Shown here: piece after piece, positions 17,002 through 25,920 of the stretch | Layout of the letters: each line of letters starts with the position of its first letter | Numbering within the stretch: position 1 is the stretch's first letter | IMG/VR virus record: IMGVR_UViG_3300044267_005908 | Location: 1 to 34,494 of that record | From: a virus | Lineage: Duplodnaviria > Caudoviricetes | Direction: 5' to 3' (one strand) | Length of the DNA: 34,494 nt | Program-made: the position numbers and the translations under genes | Notes under the pieces: model-generated | The model's database searches: none | Seen by the model: only the letters and a program-made list of their open reading frames with translations | Told to the model about the DNA's origin: nothing

Positions 17002-19647
17002 TTATGAAGGGAATGTAGCTCCTGTTGGCATTACATTAAAGTCAAGTATTATAAATTCAGCTGTTTTAGTTGGTTGTATATAAATAGCACCTACTAATTC
17101 ATTTCTATCTATTACAATAGATGTATTATTAGTATCATCCATTACTACTCTAAACGCATATAAGCCTTGTCTTTGTTGTATGTTTTCTAAATAAGGATTA
17201 ACTATATTTAAAAATCTGGTTCTTGTTTGTAAACTATTTTGCTCAAATACTAAGTACTTAGAAGAACTTGCTATGAATTTCTTCATTGTAATTAATAATC
17301 TTCTAACATTTATTCTATCTAAAGCTGTTGATCTTTTTTGTAATGTCTTTTGACCCCAAATACAAATTCCTGTTGCTGGGAAAGATGCTATTGGGTTAAT
17401 TCTATTTTGATATAATTGATCTCTTTCAGATTGTGTTAGATTATTTCTTGCTTCTAATACACTTCCTAAAACACCTCTATTTAATCCTGCTGGTGCAAAC
17501 CATTCTGCTCCAACTTTATCTGATTGTGCTATAGCTCCTGGTACTATTACTGATGGTGGAACATATACTGGTTTATTTGTAGATGCATCATTAATTTTAA
17601 CCCAAGGGTAATATACTGCTGTGTAATTAGAATCTAAAGATCCTACTTGATCTATATCTTGAAGTACTGTATTTTCCATATCTCCTAAATCCATTACATA
17701 GAAACAATCTCCTCTTGTTTCTGCCATTTGAATAGCATAATCAGTTACTGGAGAGTGATGTTGGTGAATTATACCTGGTAATGATAACATATTAATGTCA
17801 TATTCATCTTGATTAGATAAAATATCTAATGCTTTTTTATACCCTGTATATCCTGCTTTAGAAGTATCTTCTATATTAAATCCAAATACGTTTGTTGATG
17901 ATATATTTTCTCCTACTTGTTTTACTGTCCATGGTGCTATACCATCATTACCTCCTTGAAATGGAAGTGTAAATTTAAGTTGGCTAGGTGTAGGTCCAAT
18001 ATTTCCTGTTATGTCAACTGAACCACTTAATGAACCTGTCCATAAACTTGAACTTGGGTGTCCAGAATAATCTTCAACACTAAAGTGTCCTGATACATTA
18101 TTTTCAGGTGAATCTGGTAAGGATCTAATCCATATATCATTATCTAATTCTTTTTCTACAAATTTAAATCCTAAAAACCCATTAGGTGAATATGAAAGCG
18201 GTGTTGTACCTGCTTCTAAAGTTTGAACTCCTTCATAAGATGCTGAAGGGAAATAATGTGTACTTGCAGCAGCTACTTCTCCAATTCCTTTATTTCCAGT
18301 ACTAACTGCTAATACGCTCATTTTAATAGGATCACTAATTGCTTTAAATCCTTTAGGAGATAATTTAGGTGAATTTGATTTTGATTTAACTGATGCTGCT
18401 ACTTCTATTCTGATACGTTGTGAGTTATTAGGAAAATCTCCTTTTAATTCTACTTTTGCTAATGTTTCATTAAATTCAGGATATCTATTACCAATTTTTC
18501 TCGCAATATAATTTGGAGAATCGGGATCTAAATTACAGTCATTATATTGTTCAAGTATAACAGGACTATTATCATTATCATTAAATTTTCTAATAATAAC
18601 AGAAAATTCAGAATATTGTTCTACATTGTCTATATCAGATGGTTCTACAAGGTTTGCTATAGATACTTTAAAGTCTCTAGAAACCTCTTTACCATGATTA
18701 ATAGTATGGACTCTAAATAATTCTTTTCGTCCTTTAGCTATTTGTGAATGAACCCAAGGTGTAGAAGCATATGAATATCCTTCTGCTTTACCTAACCCAT
18801 CACCGTTGAAATCTAAATTAGCACCAGATTGAGTTATTAATTTATATACAGCACTCGCACTACCATGTGCCGTACCTGCATATCCTTTTCCACTATATAC
18901 TCCACCTTTATATCCTGTTGCTGTTCCGTTAAAAAGTTTTGTTTGTAATCCTCTAAAATTAACATAAGTATATCCTGCATTATTACCATAAGCGTTAGTG
19001 CCTGATTTACTGTTATCTGCTGTATGGCCTATTTGGTTCCATATATAATCTAAGCTAGATGGATTTGTTGAACCAGTAAATTCAAAAAATCCTGATGGAC
19101 TACCTGATAATTTTAAATGTAAAGTACCTGCTTCACCATTAGATCCTGAAACTAAATAAGAAGAACCTGTGTTGTAGAATACATCTTGTCCCAGAAATGT
19201 ACCTGAAGCAGAGGATGGTGTTTGATTTGTTAATGTTGACCCTCCTAAATTCATTGTAGCCGTATTATGTTTAGAGGGGAATACAACACTAGTTATAAGA
19301 CCTTCTTCTGATCCTGAAGGAAATAAACCTAATGCTATAAATTCATTTGTTCCATCCGTAAGTGAATAACCACTTCCTGCTAATACTCTACATACTGTTA
19401 CTGAGCCCGCGTGGTTTAAATATTCTTTAACTGTTTGGGGTACGTAAGTAGAAAGTTCACCTCCTTCAATTCCTTCTCCGAATTGACTAACGAATTGTCC
19501 GTAATTTCTTATTACTGTAGGTACGAATGCAGGACCTTTTGAAGTTGGTCCTACTATTGCTGCTCCTATCTGGCCAATTCCTTGAGGTAAAAAGGATTGG
19601 TCGTTTTCTCTTGTAAAAACACCTGGTGAAATTATTTGTTCTGCCAT
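17002..19647 (-). CDS. gp18: Contractile tail sheath protein (gp18-like)
   Basis: SPGVFTREND, AIVGPTSKGP, YYPW, VPPS, WFAPAGLNRG, LYQNRINPI, WGQKTL, DRINVRRLL, FEQN and PTKTAEFIILDF. Confidence 0.95.
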   Translation of the reverse strand: MAEQIISPGVFTRENDQSFLPQGIGQIGAAIVGPTSKGPAFVPTVIRNYGQFVSQFGEGIEGGELSTYVPQTVKEYLNHAGSVTVCRVLAGSGYSLTDGTNEFIALGLFPSGSEEGLITSVVFPSKHNTATMNLGGSTLTNQTPSSASGTFLGQDVFYNTGSSYLVSGSNGEAGTLHLKLSGSPSGFFEFTGSTNPSSLDYIWNQIGHTADNSKSGTNAYGNNAGYTYVNFRGLQTKLFNGTATGYKGGVYSGKGYAGTAHGSASAVYKLITQSGANLDFNGDGLGKAEGYSYASTPWVHSQIAKGRKELFRVHTINHGKEVSRDFKVSIANLVEPSDIDNVEQYSEFSVIIRKFNDNDNSPVILEQYNDCNLDPDSPNYIARKIGNRYPEFNETLAKVELKGDFPNNSQRIRIEVAASVKSKSNSPKLSPKGFKAISDPIKMSVLAVSTGNKGIGEVAAASTHYFPSASYEGVQTLEAGTTPLSYSPNGFLGFKFVEKELDNDIWIRSLPDSPENNVSGHFSVEDYSGHPSSSLWTGSLSGSVDITGNIGPTPSQLKFTLPFQGGNDGIAPWTVKQVGENISSTNVFGFNIEDTSKAGYTGYKKALDILSNQDEYDINMLSLPGIIHQHHSPVTDYAIQMAETRGDCFYVMDLGDMENTVLQDIDQVGSLDSNYTAVYYPWVKINDASTNKPVYVPPSVIVPGAIAQSDKVGAEWFAPAGLNRGVLGSVLEARNNLTQSERDQLYQNRINPIASFPATGICIWGQKTLQKRSTALDRINVRRLLITMKKFIASSSKYLVFEQNSLQTRTRFLNIVNPYLENIQQRQGLYAFRVVMDDTNNTSIVIDRNELVGAIYIQPTKTAEFIILDFNVMPTGATFPS

Positions 19648-19690
19648 CTTATTATTTTATTTTATTTTTATTGCTTTGGTTATGGTCATA

Positions 19691-19699
19691 TATAAATAT
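19691..19699 (-). promoter_or_regulatory. ATAT[T/G]TAT putative late promoter (tail sheath)
   Basis: Minus strand ATATTTATA; a second copy (ATATTTATT) lies at 19756-19764. Confidence 0.6.
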
Positions 19700-19782
19700 G
19701 AAAAAACTCTGTAAACCTAACTAAAAGCAATAGTTAGATTTAAATTTTCGCTATTAATAAATATAATAAAAGAGTTAAAGAA

Positions 19783-20079
19783 CTATTTTAAGGGTATAAA
19801 AGTACCTGATTCTAGGTTAATACTACCATCTCCGTATTTATCTGATAGATTTTTTGCTATTTTTGTTTCTTTTTTTTCTAATAAAGATAACTCATCTTTT
19901 AATTTAAGTTCAGTTTCTTCTATTTTAATTTTGTTAATAGATAGTTGACCAAATTGAAGAGATAATTCATTTATACTATTCCTTAGTTCTTTTAATTCAT
20001 TTAACTCTTCTGGTGAAAAAGATGTTGGTGCTGATTTAATTTCTGAGGGTTTGGGTAATTTTCTTTTTTTTAAAGCCAT
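19783..20079 (-). CDS. Coiled-coil protein, possible fibre-assembly chaperone
   Basis: Long heptad E/K/L helix followed by KYGDGSINLESGTF, at the end of the fibre gene cluster. Confidence 0.6.
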   Translation of the reverse strand: MALKKRKLPKPSEIKSAPTSFSPEELNELKELRNSINELSLQFGQLSINKIKIEETELKLKDELSLLEKKETKIAKNLSDKYGDGSINLESGTFIPLK

Positions 20080-20094
20080 AACTTATGTTTTTTA

Positions 20095-20103
20095 TATACA
20101 TAT
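20095..20103 (-). promoter_or_regulatory. ATAT[T/G]TAT putative late promoter
   Basis: Minus strand ATATGTATA upstream of the ORF starting at 20079. Confidence 0.5.
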
Positions 20104-20111
20104 ATAACTTT

Positions 20112-20351
20112 TTAAAAAGACCCACCATTTATAGAAACACTACCTGTCATAAAAACACTACCTGAAAGTATTAAACTATCTCCTGGAGGTACTATTTCTG
20201 TTTGTGGTGTTGATAAATTATCTCCTTGAATTCTAAATAAATCATTATTTGAATTTTTATAAAATATAGTACCTTCTTTTGTATTGATAATAATATCATC
20301 AGGTTTAAGATCTGTACTTCTAGGGTTCATATTTTTTATTTTTATTCCCAT
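20112..20351 (-). CDS. Small fibre adaptor-like protein
   Basis: N-terminus IKIKN..P...L..DDI.IN..EG..FY parallels the N-terminus of 21795..23501. It ends INGGSF. Confidence 0.6.
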   Translation of the reverse strand: MGIKIKNMNPRSTDLKPDDIIINTKEGTIFYKNSNNDLFRIQGDNLSTPQTEIVPPGDSLILSGSVFMTGSVSINGGSF

Positions 20352-20893
20352 TATCCTATCATTTTTATATGTCCTGAATTTAATTTTACCATTCCTGAAT
20401 TTAGTTTTATTAATCCTGCTGTAGGATCTGGTACATTATATATAACTCTTACAAAATAATGATCTACTAAAATAGTAGTAATGGGTCCTGCTTCTGCTAT
20501 CCATGTACATTTTATTCTCATAGTATTTATATCATTTTCAGTCCATGCTGTACTACCATCAGATGTTGTTCTTGTTGTTGCACTTACAGAGTTATCGGAA
20601 TTTGATGACCATGCTAAGTTTTCAGTATATAATTGGGTATTAGATCCATTTAATATTGCGTTTGCTATAACTGCTGTTTGGGATACTTGAGCATTTACTT
20701 CCATAACTTGTTGAACACTAACTATAGATGTAGGTGTTTGTGATAAGTTAGTTAATTCAAAAATAATATTTGTACCACTTTCTGCAGAAAAAGAAGCTTT
20801 ACTATCATCAGATGCTGTTGTTCTATCCCAATTAGATACACCTGTACTACTTACTACGGAACTTTGTACTAAATCTTCTGTTATTATTGCCAT
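20351..20893 (-). CDS. Beta-sandwich virion protein (paralogue A)
   Basis: S/T-rich, alignable to 20896..21423, with a C-terminal IKLNSG/VKLNSG repeat. Confidence 0.7.
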   Translation of the reverse strand: MAIITEDLVQSSVVSSTGVSNWDRTTASDDSKASFSAESGTNIIFELTNLSQTPTSIVSVQQVMEVNAQVSQTAVIANAILNGSNTQLYTENLAWSSNSDNSVSATTRTTSDGSTAWTENDINTMRIKCTWIAEAGPITTILVDHYFVRVIYNVPDPTAGLIKLNSGMVKLNSGHIKMIG

Positions 20894-20895
20894 AT

Positions 20896-21423
20896 TTAAA
20901 AATCAAATTTAATTAGTCCTCCTGATATTTTAAGTAATCCACTTGTTACAAGGGGAACCTTAGGTACTGTATCATAATTTACACGTAAATATAAATAATC
21001 TATAAAGTATCCTGGACCATATCCCCCTGTATTACTAAAAGTATTTAATGATATTCTTATACTATTAACTTCACTTACTGTCCAAGCATCAGAACCATCT
21101 GATGTTGTTCTTGATGTAAGAGCTATATCATCAATTTTTGCACTGTAGCTTGCGTTTTCATTATAATATACAGCACTACTTCCATTTAGTATTGATGTTT
21201 TTATAACACCAGTTGAACCTCGATTCTCTACATAATGATCTTTTAAATAAAGCCTAACACTATTTATTGAATAAGCATCCCCTGGTAAATTAGTTAATTC
21301 AAAAATAGCTATTTGACCATTAGCATTAGCCATTGCATTAGAAGAATCATCAGCTGAAATATTAGAAATATTAGTAAAAGTACTAGATACTGTACTAGCA
21401 TATGTTAGATCAGTTGTTGGCAT
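20896..21423 (-). CDS. Beta-sandwich virion protein (paralogue B)
   Basis: Shares IFELTNL, ILNGS...Y.EN, RTTSDGS.AWT and Y..RV.Y with 20351..20893. Confidence 0.7.
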   Translation of the reverse strand: MPTTDLTYASTVSSTFTNISNISADDSSNAMANANGQIAIFELTNLPGDAYSINSVRLYLKDHYVENRGSTGVIKTSILNGSSAVYYNENASYSAKIDDIALTSRTTSDGSDAWTVSEVNSIRISLNTFSNTGGYGPGYFIDYLYLRVNYDTVPKVPLVTSGLLKISGGLIKFDF

Positions 21424-21425
21424 TG

Positions 21426-21773
21426 TTATGCTTTTTTAAGTACATTTCCTGATTTAGTATCAACATATAATAATCCTGATGATAACCCTGCAGACTTTGT
21501 AGGTAAATCAGCTACATTGACAAATTTTATTGATTTAACTGCTGAACCTGTTGCTTCATTAGTAACATATCTTCTTAATTCATCTATATCTTCTTGCATT
21601 TCTTGAACCATATACACTAAAGCTTCTACGGAATCTGGTGAACCTGGTTCTTCTGTTAAAGCATTTCCTGCATAAGATGCTGATATTTGTGTTTGTTTAG
21701 ATGATGTCATCTTTTTTTTACCTGACCCTGTTTTGTCGTATAATGATTCTGATGCTTTGTTTGCTAATGCCAT
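21426..21773 (-). CDS. Short fibre-like protein with a coiled coil
   Basis: EALVYMVQEMQEDIDELRRY coiled coil, then a LPT...L..G.LY....G.VLK knob motif typical of fibre proteins. Confidence 0.6.
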   Translation of the reverse strand: MALANKASESLYDKTGSGKKKMTSSKQTQISASYAGNALTEEPGSPDSVEALVYMVQEMQEDIDELRRYVTNEATGSAVKSIKFVNVADLPTKSAGLSSGLLYVDTKSGNVLKKA

Positions 21774-21794
21774 ATTTTTTATTTTTAATTATTA

Positions 21795-23501
21795 TTAACT
21801 TGATGTATCCATTTCCATTACTAAGGTTCCATAAATATATTCATTTGATGTTGCTATATTAGGAGTATGAACAGTAATTCCTATAGTGTCTCCTTTAGCA
21901 AAAGATGAAGAAAAATCATAATGGTATATTGTATCTGCTACTACACTATCTTTTGATACTGTTTCAAAAATAGCGTTAGAATCACCAATATCGCCATCTT
22001 GGGCTCCACTGTTTGCAGTGTCCTTTTTTACTCTAACTTGAGCACCATTTCCAGGGTTATTTTGTTGCCATTGTAATGAAACACGTTTAACTTTTCCATT
22101 ATAGGGACATGCAAATTTATTTATATAATTATCATAAGTATATTCTGACGTAGATCCTCCTAAAGGTACATATAATTCTGAGGTATGACTTGAATTAACA
22201 AAATATGTAAAAGTTTCTATAACTATTGCTTTAGTCATTTTATCAAAAGAGCCCGTTGCAGATAATGATTGATTACTTGCTGAAACAAATCCTGTAACTT
22301 CTAATCCATTTACAGAAGCATCATTAGATTTTAAAACATTAAATGAAGCAGAAGCAGCACTAACTGTTGATGTCATACTTGCACTTATATCCCCTGATGC
22401 ATATAATTTTCCTGTTATATCAACACCTGTTGTTTTTGCTTCTAAAGCTGTTGAATTAGCTGGTTTTAATTGTATTTTATCATCAGTTCCAAAATCAATG
22501 TAAGTGTCATCAGTAGCTCTACCAACCTTTAAAAGTGCATGTGTAACTGATGTTATACCTGTTTGAGCTGCGTCTATATTTAAATTTTCTGAAACATCAC
22601 CACTTAAACCTGTTCCTGCAAAATCACTTACATCTATATCTAGTGTAACTGAACTACCAAGAGTAACTGAACCCCCTGTTTTTAATCCATCTCCCGCTGT
22701 TATTGTTACTGCATCTTCAGCTAATTTAGCAATTGGAATTTCATCATTATCTATTTCTGATACTATTACTGCTGCTAACCCATCAGAAACTGCTGCAGCA
22801 TCTAATGTTCCAGCGGTTAAAGTTCCTCCTATTGTTATATTTGCTGTAGAACTTGAACTTATATCACCTGAAGCTGTTATTGTTCCATCTATAAAAAGAC
22901 CAGTTGCTTTACTTGTATCTCCTTGTAATATGTGATATGAACCTGAACCTGCAGATATAGTTCCTGCTAAACTACTACTTATATTTGAGCCTGTTATATG
23001 TTTAGCGCTAATATCTCCCAATCTACTACTTTTTCTATTACCACTATTGTCTAGTGCTTGAAATCCATTAGAATCATCAAATTTTATTGAACCTAATTTT
23101 GATGCACCTGTTCTAAATTCAATTGTATCTCCTTGTGTTATAATATGAGCAAAAGAAGCGGTAGATGCAGCACTAGCACTTATATTACCTTCTACTTCTA
23201 TATTACCTGAGGCTGTTATATGACCATCTCCAATTGTAACATCAGATCCAATTACATGTAATCTTCCGTATATGTAATGTTCATGTCTTGCTCCTGGAGT
23301 TCCTGCACGAAGTATACCACTAGAGCTTATATTACCTGAAGATGTAATATGTGCAAATTCTTCTAATTTTTTAACTACTTTTCCAGAACCAGATCCATAA
23401 TAGAAAAGACCATTATCTACATTTATAGCGATTTCTCCTTGTGATAAAGTACTTGGTACTGCTGATCCTGTTCCTGTTTTTAATTGTATTGTACTAGTCA
23501 T
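21795..23501 (-). CDS. Tail fibre protein with an Mtd_N-like N-terminal domain
   Basis: IQLKTGT....P..L..GE.AIN.....FYYG N-terminus, G[ND]I[ST][AS]S beta-shaft repeats, AGDGL..GG / AGTGL repeats and a C-terminal beta-sandwich. Confidence 0.75.
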   Translation of the reverse strand: MTSTIQLKTGTGSAVPSTLSQGEIAINVDNGLFYYGSGSGKVVKKLEEFAHITSSGNISSSGILRAGTPGARHEHYIYGRLHVIGSDVTIGDGHITASGNIEVEGNISASAASTASFAHIITQGDTIEFRTGASKLGSIKFDDSNGFQALDNSGNRKSSRLGDISAKHITGSNISSSLAGTISAGSGSYHILQGDTSKATGLFIDGTITASGDISSSSTANITIGGTLTAGTLDAAAVSDGLAAVIVSEIDNDEIPIAKLAEDAVTITAGDGLKTGGSVTLGSSVTLDIDVSDFAGTGLSGDVSENLNIDAAQTGITSVTHALLKVGRATDDTYIDFGTDDKIQLKPANSTALEAKTTGVDITGKLYASGDISASMTSTVSAASASFNVLKSNDASVNGLEVTGFVSASNQSLSATGSFDKMTKAIVIETFTYFVNSSHTSELYVPLGGSTSEYTYDNYINKFACPYNGKVKRVSLQWQQNNPGNGAQVRVKKDTANSGAQDGDIGDSNAIFETVSKDSVVADTIYHYDFSSSFAKGDTIGITVHTPNIATSNEYIYGTLVMEMDTSS

Positions 23502-23508
23502 AATTTAT

Positions 23509-23517
23509 TATAAATAT
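23509..23517 (-). promoter_or_regulatory. ATAT[T/G]TAT putative late promoter
   Basis: Minus strand ATATTTATA squeezed into a 16-nt gap before the 568-aa fibre. Confidence 0.5.
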
Positions 23518-23817
23518 TTAAAAAGTTCCTCCATTTATATCTCCTATTAAGGATCCTGTAACTGATAAACTACCTGTATATTGGTGTATATCATCCATTG
23601 AATTACCGAATATAGTAGATCCCGAAGATACACTAGTAATACTTTCAGATACAATATATGATTGAGCAATAAGAGTTCCTGAAATTATTACATTATTTTC
23701 GTTGAATTCTATGGGAAGTAAACTACCGGTTCCGTCAGCTAATTTGGTTCCATCAGTTTGGATTACTTTTTGAAAAGTATCTTGAATGTTTTGTTCTGTT
23801 AAGTCGTTGACTGCCAT
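23518..23817 (-). CDS. Small fibre-base/adaptor protein
   Basis: SSGSTIFGNSMDDIHQYTGSLSVTGS fibre motif. It ends INGGTF. Confidence 0.65.
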   Translation of the reverse strand: MAVNDLTEQNIQDTFQKVIQTDGTKLADGTGSLLPIEFNENNVIISGTLIAQSYIVSESITSVSSGSTIFGNSMDDIHQYTGSLSVTGSLIGDINGGTF

Positions 23818-23829
23818 TTATAACCATTT

Positions 23830-24369
23830 TTATTTTTCTTTTTGTAATTTATTTAAAACACCATTTATTACTTTTTCAGTATCTTTTACTGTGTTTTCTT
23901 TTAAATATGTTGCAACTATATTATTAAGTTTATTTCTTTTATATGAAATATTTTTAATATTTATATTTTCATTTACAAGTAATTTAAGTAAATTAACTAT
24001 ATGTTCTTGTTCAGAATTAGTAACTTTAACCTTTGCTTCTATAATTGGTTTTTTAATTGTTTGTGATTTTACTTCTACAGTAACTTTTTTACTCGTTTCA
24101 ACTTCAAAATCTGATTCCCAAGGAGTAAAAAATGTATCTTCTGCTATTACTTCTAAACGAATATTACCTGTAGTGTCTTCATCAATTAATCCTTTTAATT
24201 TTCTAATAGGAATTTCACATTTACCTCCTTTAGATATATTACCATTAAACATTAAAGAATAGTCAGAAGTTTCAACTACTAAACGGGCTTTTGATTTTTT
24301 TAAACTTGCTCCTTGAAGTTTAATATCACATTCAAAAAGTTCTGATTTATCGGTAAATAATTTGTACAT
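23830..24369 (-). CDS. Hypothetical structural-region protein (beta-sandwich N-terminus)
   Basis: 179-aa ORF with alternating beta-strand pattern and LEVIAEDTFFTPW, with the ATATTTAT motif upstream. Confidence 0.65.
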   Translation of the reverse strand: MYKLFTDKSELFECDIKLQGASLKKSKARLVVETSDYSLMFNGNISKGGKCEIPIRKLKGLIDEDTTGNIRLEVIAEDTFFTPWESDFEVETSKKVTVEVKSQTIKKPIIEAKVKVTNSEQEHIVNLLKLLVNENINIKNISYKRNKLNNIVATYLKENTVKDTEKVINGVLNKLQKEK

Positions 24370-24372
24370 GAT

Positions 24373-24381
24373 TATAAATAT
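24373..24381 (-). promoter_or_regulatory. ATAT[T/G]TAT putative late promoter
   Basis: Minus strand ATATTTATA 3 nt before the ATG at 24369, implying a leaderless mRNA. Confidence 0.5.
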
Positions 24382-24391
24382 AAAATAATAA

Positions 24392-24700
24392 TTAAAACTT
24401 AATGTTTTCTGTCATTAATTCTACACCTAATACTTTTTCTACTGTAAGTTTTATGTCACTTGCTTTCATTTTATATTGTTTAATTTCTTTTTGTTTTGAT
24501 TCTGTAATTGTATCTCCATAAACCTTTAAAGTTAATTTAATTAATTTTTTTTGATCTGTTTGATTTAATACATCCCAAACATCATATCCTGCTCTTTCCC
24601 CTGCTAATTGGGTTATTTTTTTTACTAATTCTACTTCATTCCAAGTATAGGGATTATCGTTCCATAAAATATTTGCACTATTCCAAGTATATAAAGACAT
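24392..24700 (-). CDS. Hypothetical structural-region protein with Trp repeats
   Basis: 102-aa ORF with YTWN..NILWN..PYTWN 7-residue periodicity at the N-terminus. Confidence 0.65.
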   Translation of the reverse strand: MSLYTWNSANILWNDNPYTWNEVELVKKITQLAGERAGYDVWDVLNQTDQKKLIKLTLKVYGDTITESKQKEIKQYKMKASDIKLTVEKVLGVELMTENIKF

Positions 24701-24711
24701 TTAATTAAATT

Positions 24712-25032
24712 TTATTCACTTCCACTACTAGGTAAATGTTCAGTGTAGGTAGGAGCATAATTAGTATTATGATATTTTTGGGATACTTTTGTTTCTGAAT
24801 TGTAAAAACTTCCTGTTATTTTAAACTTGTTAGCAGCCCATATTAACCAATCAACTTCTACAGATTTAGAACATGTAAAAGGATAAATTGTATTTTCTTC
24901 AAAATAAGCTTCATGATTAGAACCTGAATACCATTGACTACCACTTACACAAAATGATCCTGTAAAAAAGGCATATGCTTCAGGACATGCATTTTTTTGG
25001 TTTAAACTTTCTGTTGTTATTAATATACCCAT
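24712..25032 (-). CDS. Hypothetical fibre-associated protein
   Basis: 106-aa ORF tightly coupled behind the LamG-like gene, with repeated TGS/SGS. Confidence 0.6.
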   Translation of the reverse strand: MGILITTESLNQKNACPEAYAFFTGSFCVSGSQWYSGSNHEAYFEENTIYPFTCSKSVEVDWLIWAANKFKITGSFYNSETKVSQKYHNTNYAPTYTEHLPSSGSE

Positions 25033-25033
25033 A

Positions 25034-25918
25034 TTAGTATCCGTTTATTCTTCCGTATTGATAACCACTATATTTTGTTTTTATATACATGTCAATATTA
25101 TATAATTGTTGTTCATTTATTGCCTCTTCAAATAACATTACTTCATATATATTTGCTCTTATTTCATTTCCAGCACTACTATTTTCATCACCACTACTAT
25201 CAAATAAAAAACTTTTAGTTCCACTGTGAGCTACAGTAAATGAAGGTAAAGTACCAGATTGATAAATAGTAATAGGTTTACCTCTTAAATAAAGTTTCAT
25301 AGTTCCATCTGATTGTAAAGAAAAAGTTATCCAATTAAAATTATAATTAAAATCCCCTCCTACTTGGTCATCTAAACGTTGATTAGCATCAGTAGAATAT
25401 ATAAAATATTGATTATTTGAAGCATCTCTTACTCCTGCAAATAATCTACCATATAGATTATCCCAATATAATGATATTTCTTCATTACCAGATCCATTAA
25501 TTTTATAAAAAAATTGATTGCCTGAGACAGAGGATGAATTCATATCAAATATTATAGTTGATGTAAATGATCTTGAATTTAAATCTGATGGGTTTGTAAA
25601 TGACATAAAATCAGCACCACTACCATCTCCACTATCGAATGTTTGAGCTACATTATAACCATCTTGTCCACTACTAGGATTCCAAGATGGTCCTTTACTA
25701 GCATTTTCTGCAACTAATTGTACATTATTAGAACCTTTGTCATCAACATTTTGTAAATTTAAAGTAGAATTACTTGGTGTTACAACATTAGAATCTGTAA
25801 AGTCCCACCAAGCCCATATAGAAAAATCATTTAATCTTCCAGGAATAGCATTTGGAATTATTGAAGTAGGACTTGTAGGTCCTATGTTGGCGTGTTGTGC
25901 TATAGCTCCTATTCTCAT
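25034..25918 (-). CDS. LamG/concanavalin A-like lectin-fold protein, putative receptor-binding adhesin
   Basis: IWAWWDFTD...DDKGSNN..L, MKLYLRG, and IYEVMLFEEAI.......I..Y...KY are LamG-like family patterns. Confidence 0.7.
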   Translation of the reverse strand: MRIGAIAQHANIGPTSPTSIIPNAIPGRLNDFSIWAWWDFTDSNVVTPSNSTLNLQNVDDKGSNNVQLVAENASKGPSWNPSSGQDGYNVAQTFDSGDGSGADFMSFTNPSDLNSRSFTSTIIFDMNSSSVSGNQFFYKINGSGNEEISLYWDNLYGRLFAGVRDASNNQYFIYSTDANQRLDDQVGGDFNYNFNWITFSLQSDGTMKLYLRGKPITIYQSGTLPSFTVAHSGTKSFLFDSSGDENSSAGNEIRANIYEVMLFEEAINEQQLYNIDMYIKTKYSGYQYGRINGY

Positions 25919-25920
25919 AA

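Noticed and set aside
5937-19647. Interpretation as a bacterial tailocin/eCIS locus
   Set aside because: The capsid, scaffold, neck and replication genes are contiguous with the tail genes, so this is a phage.
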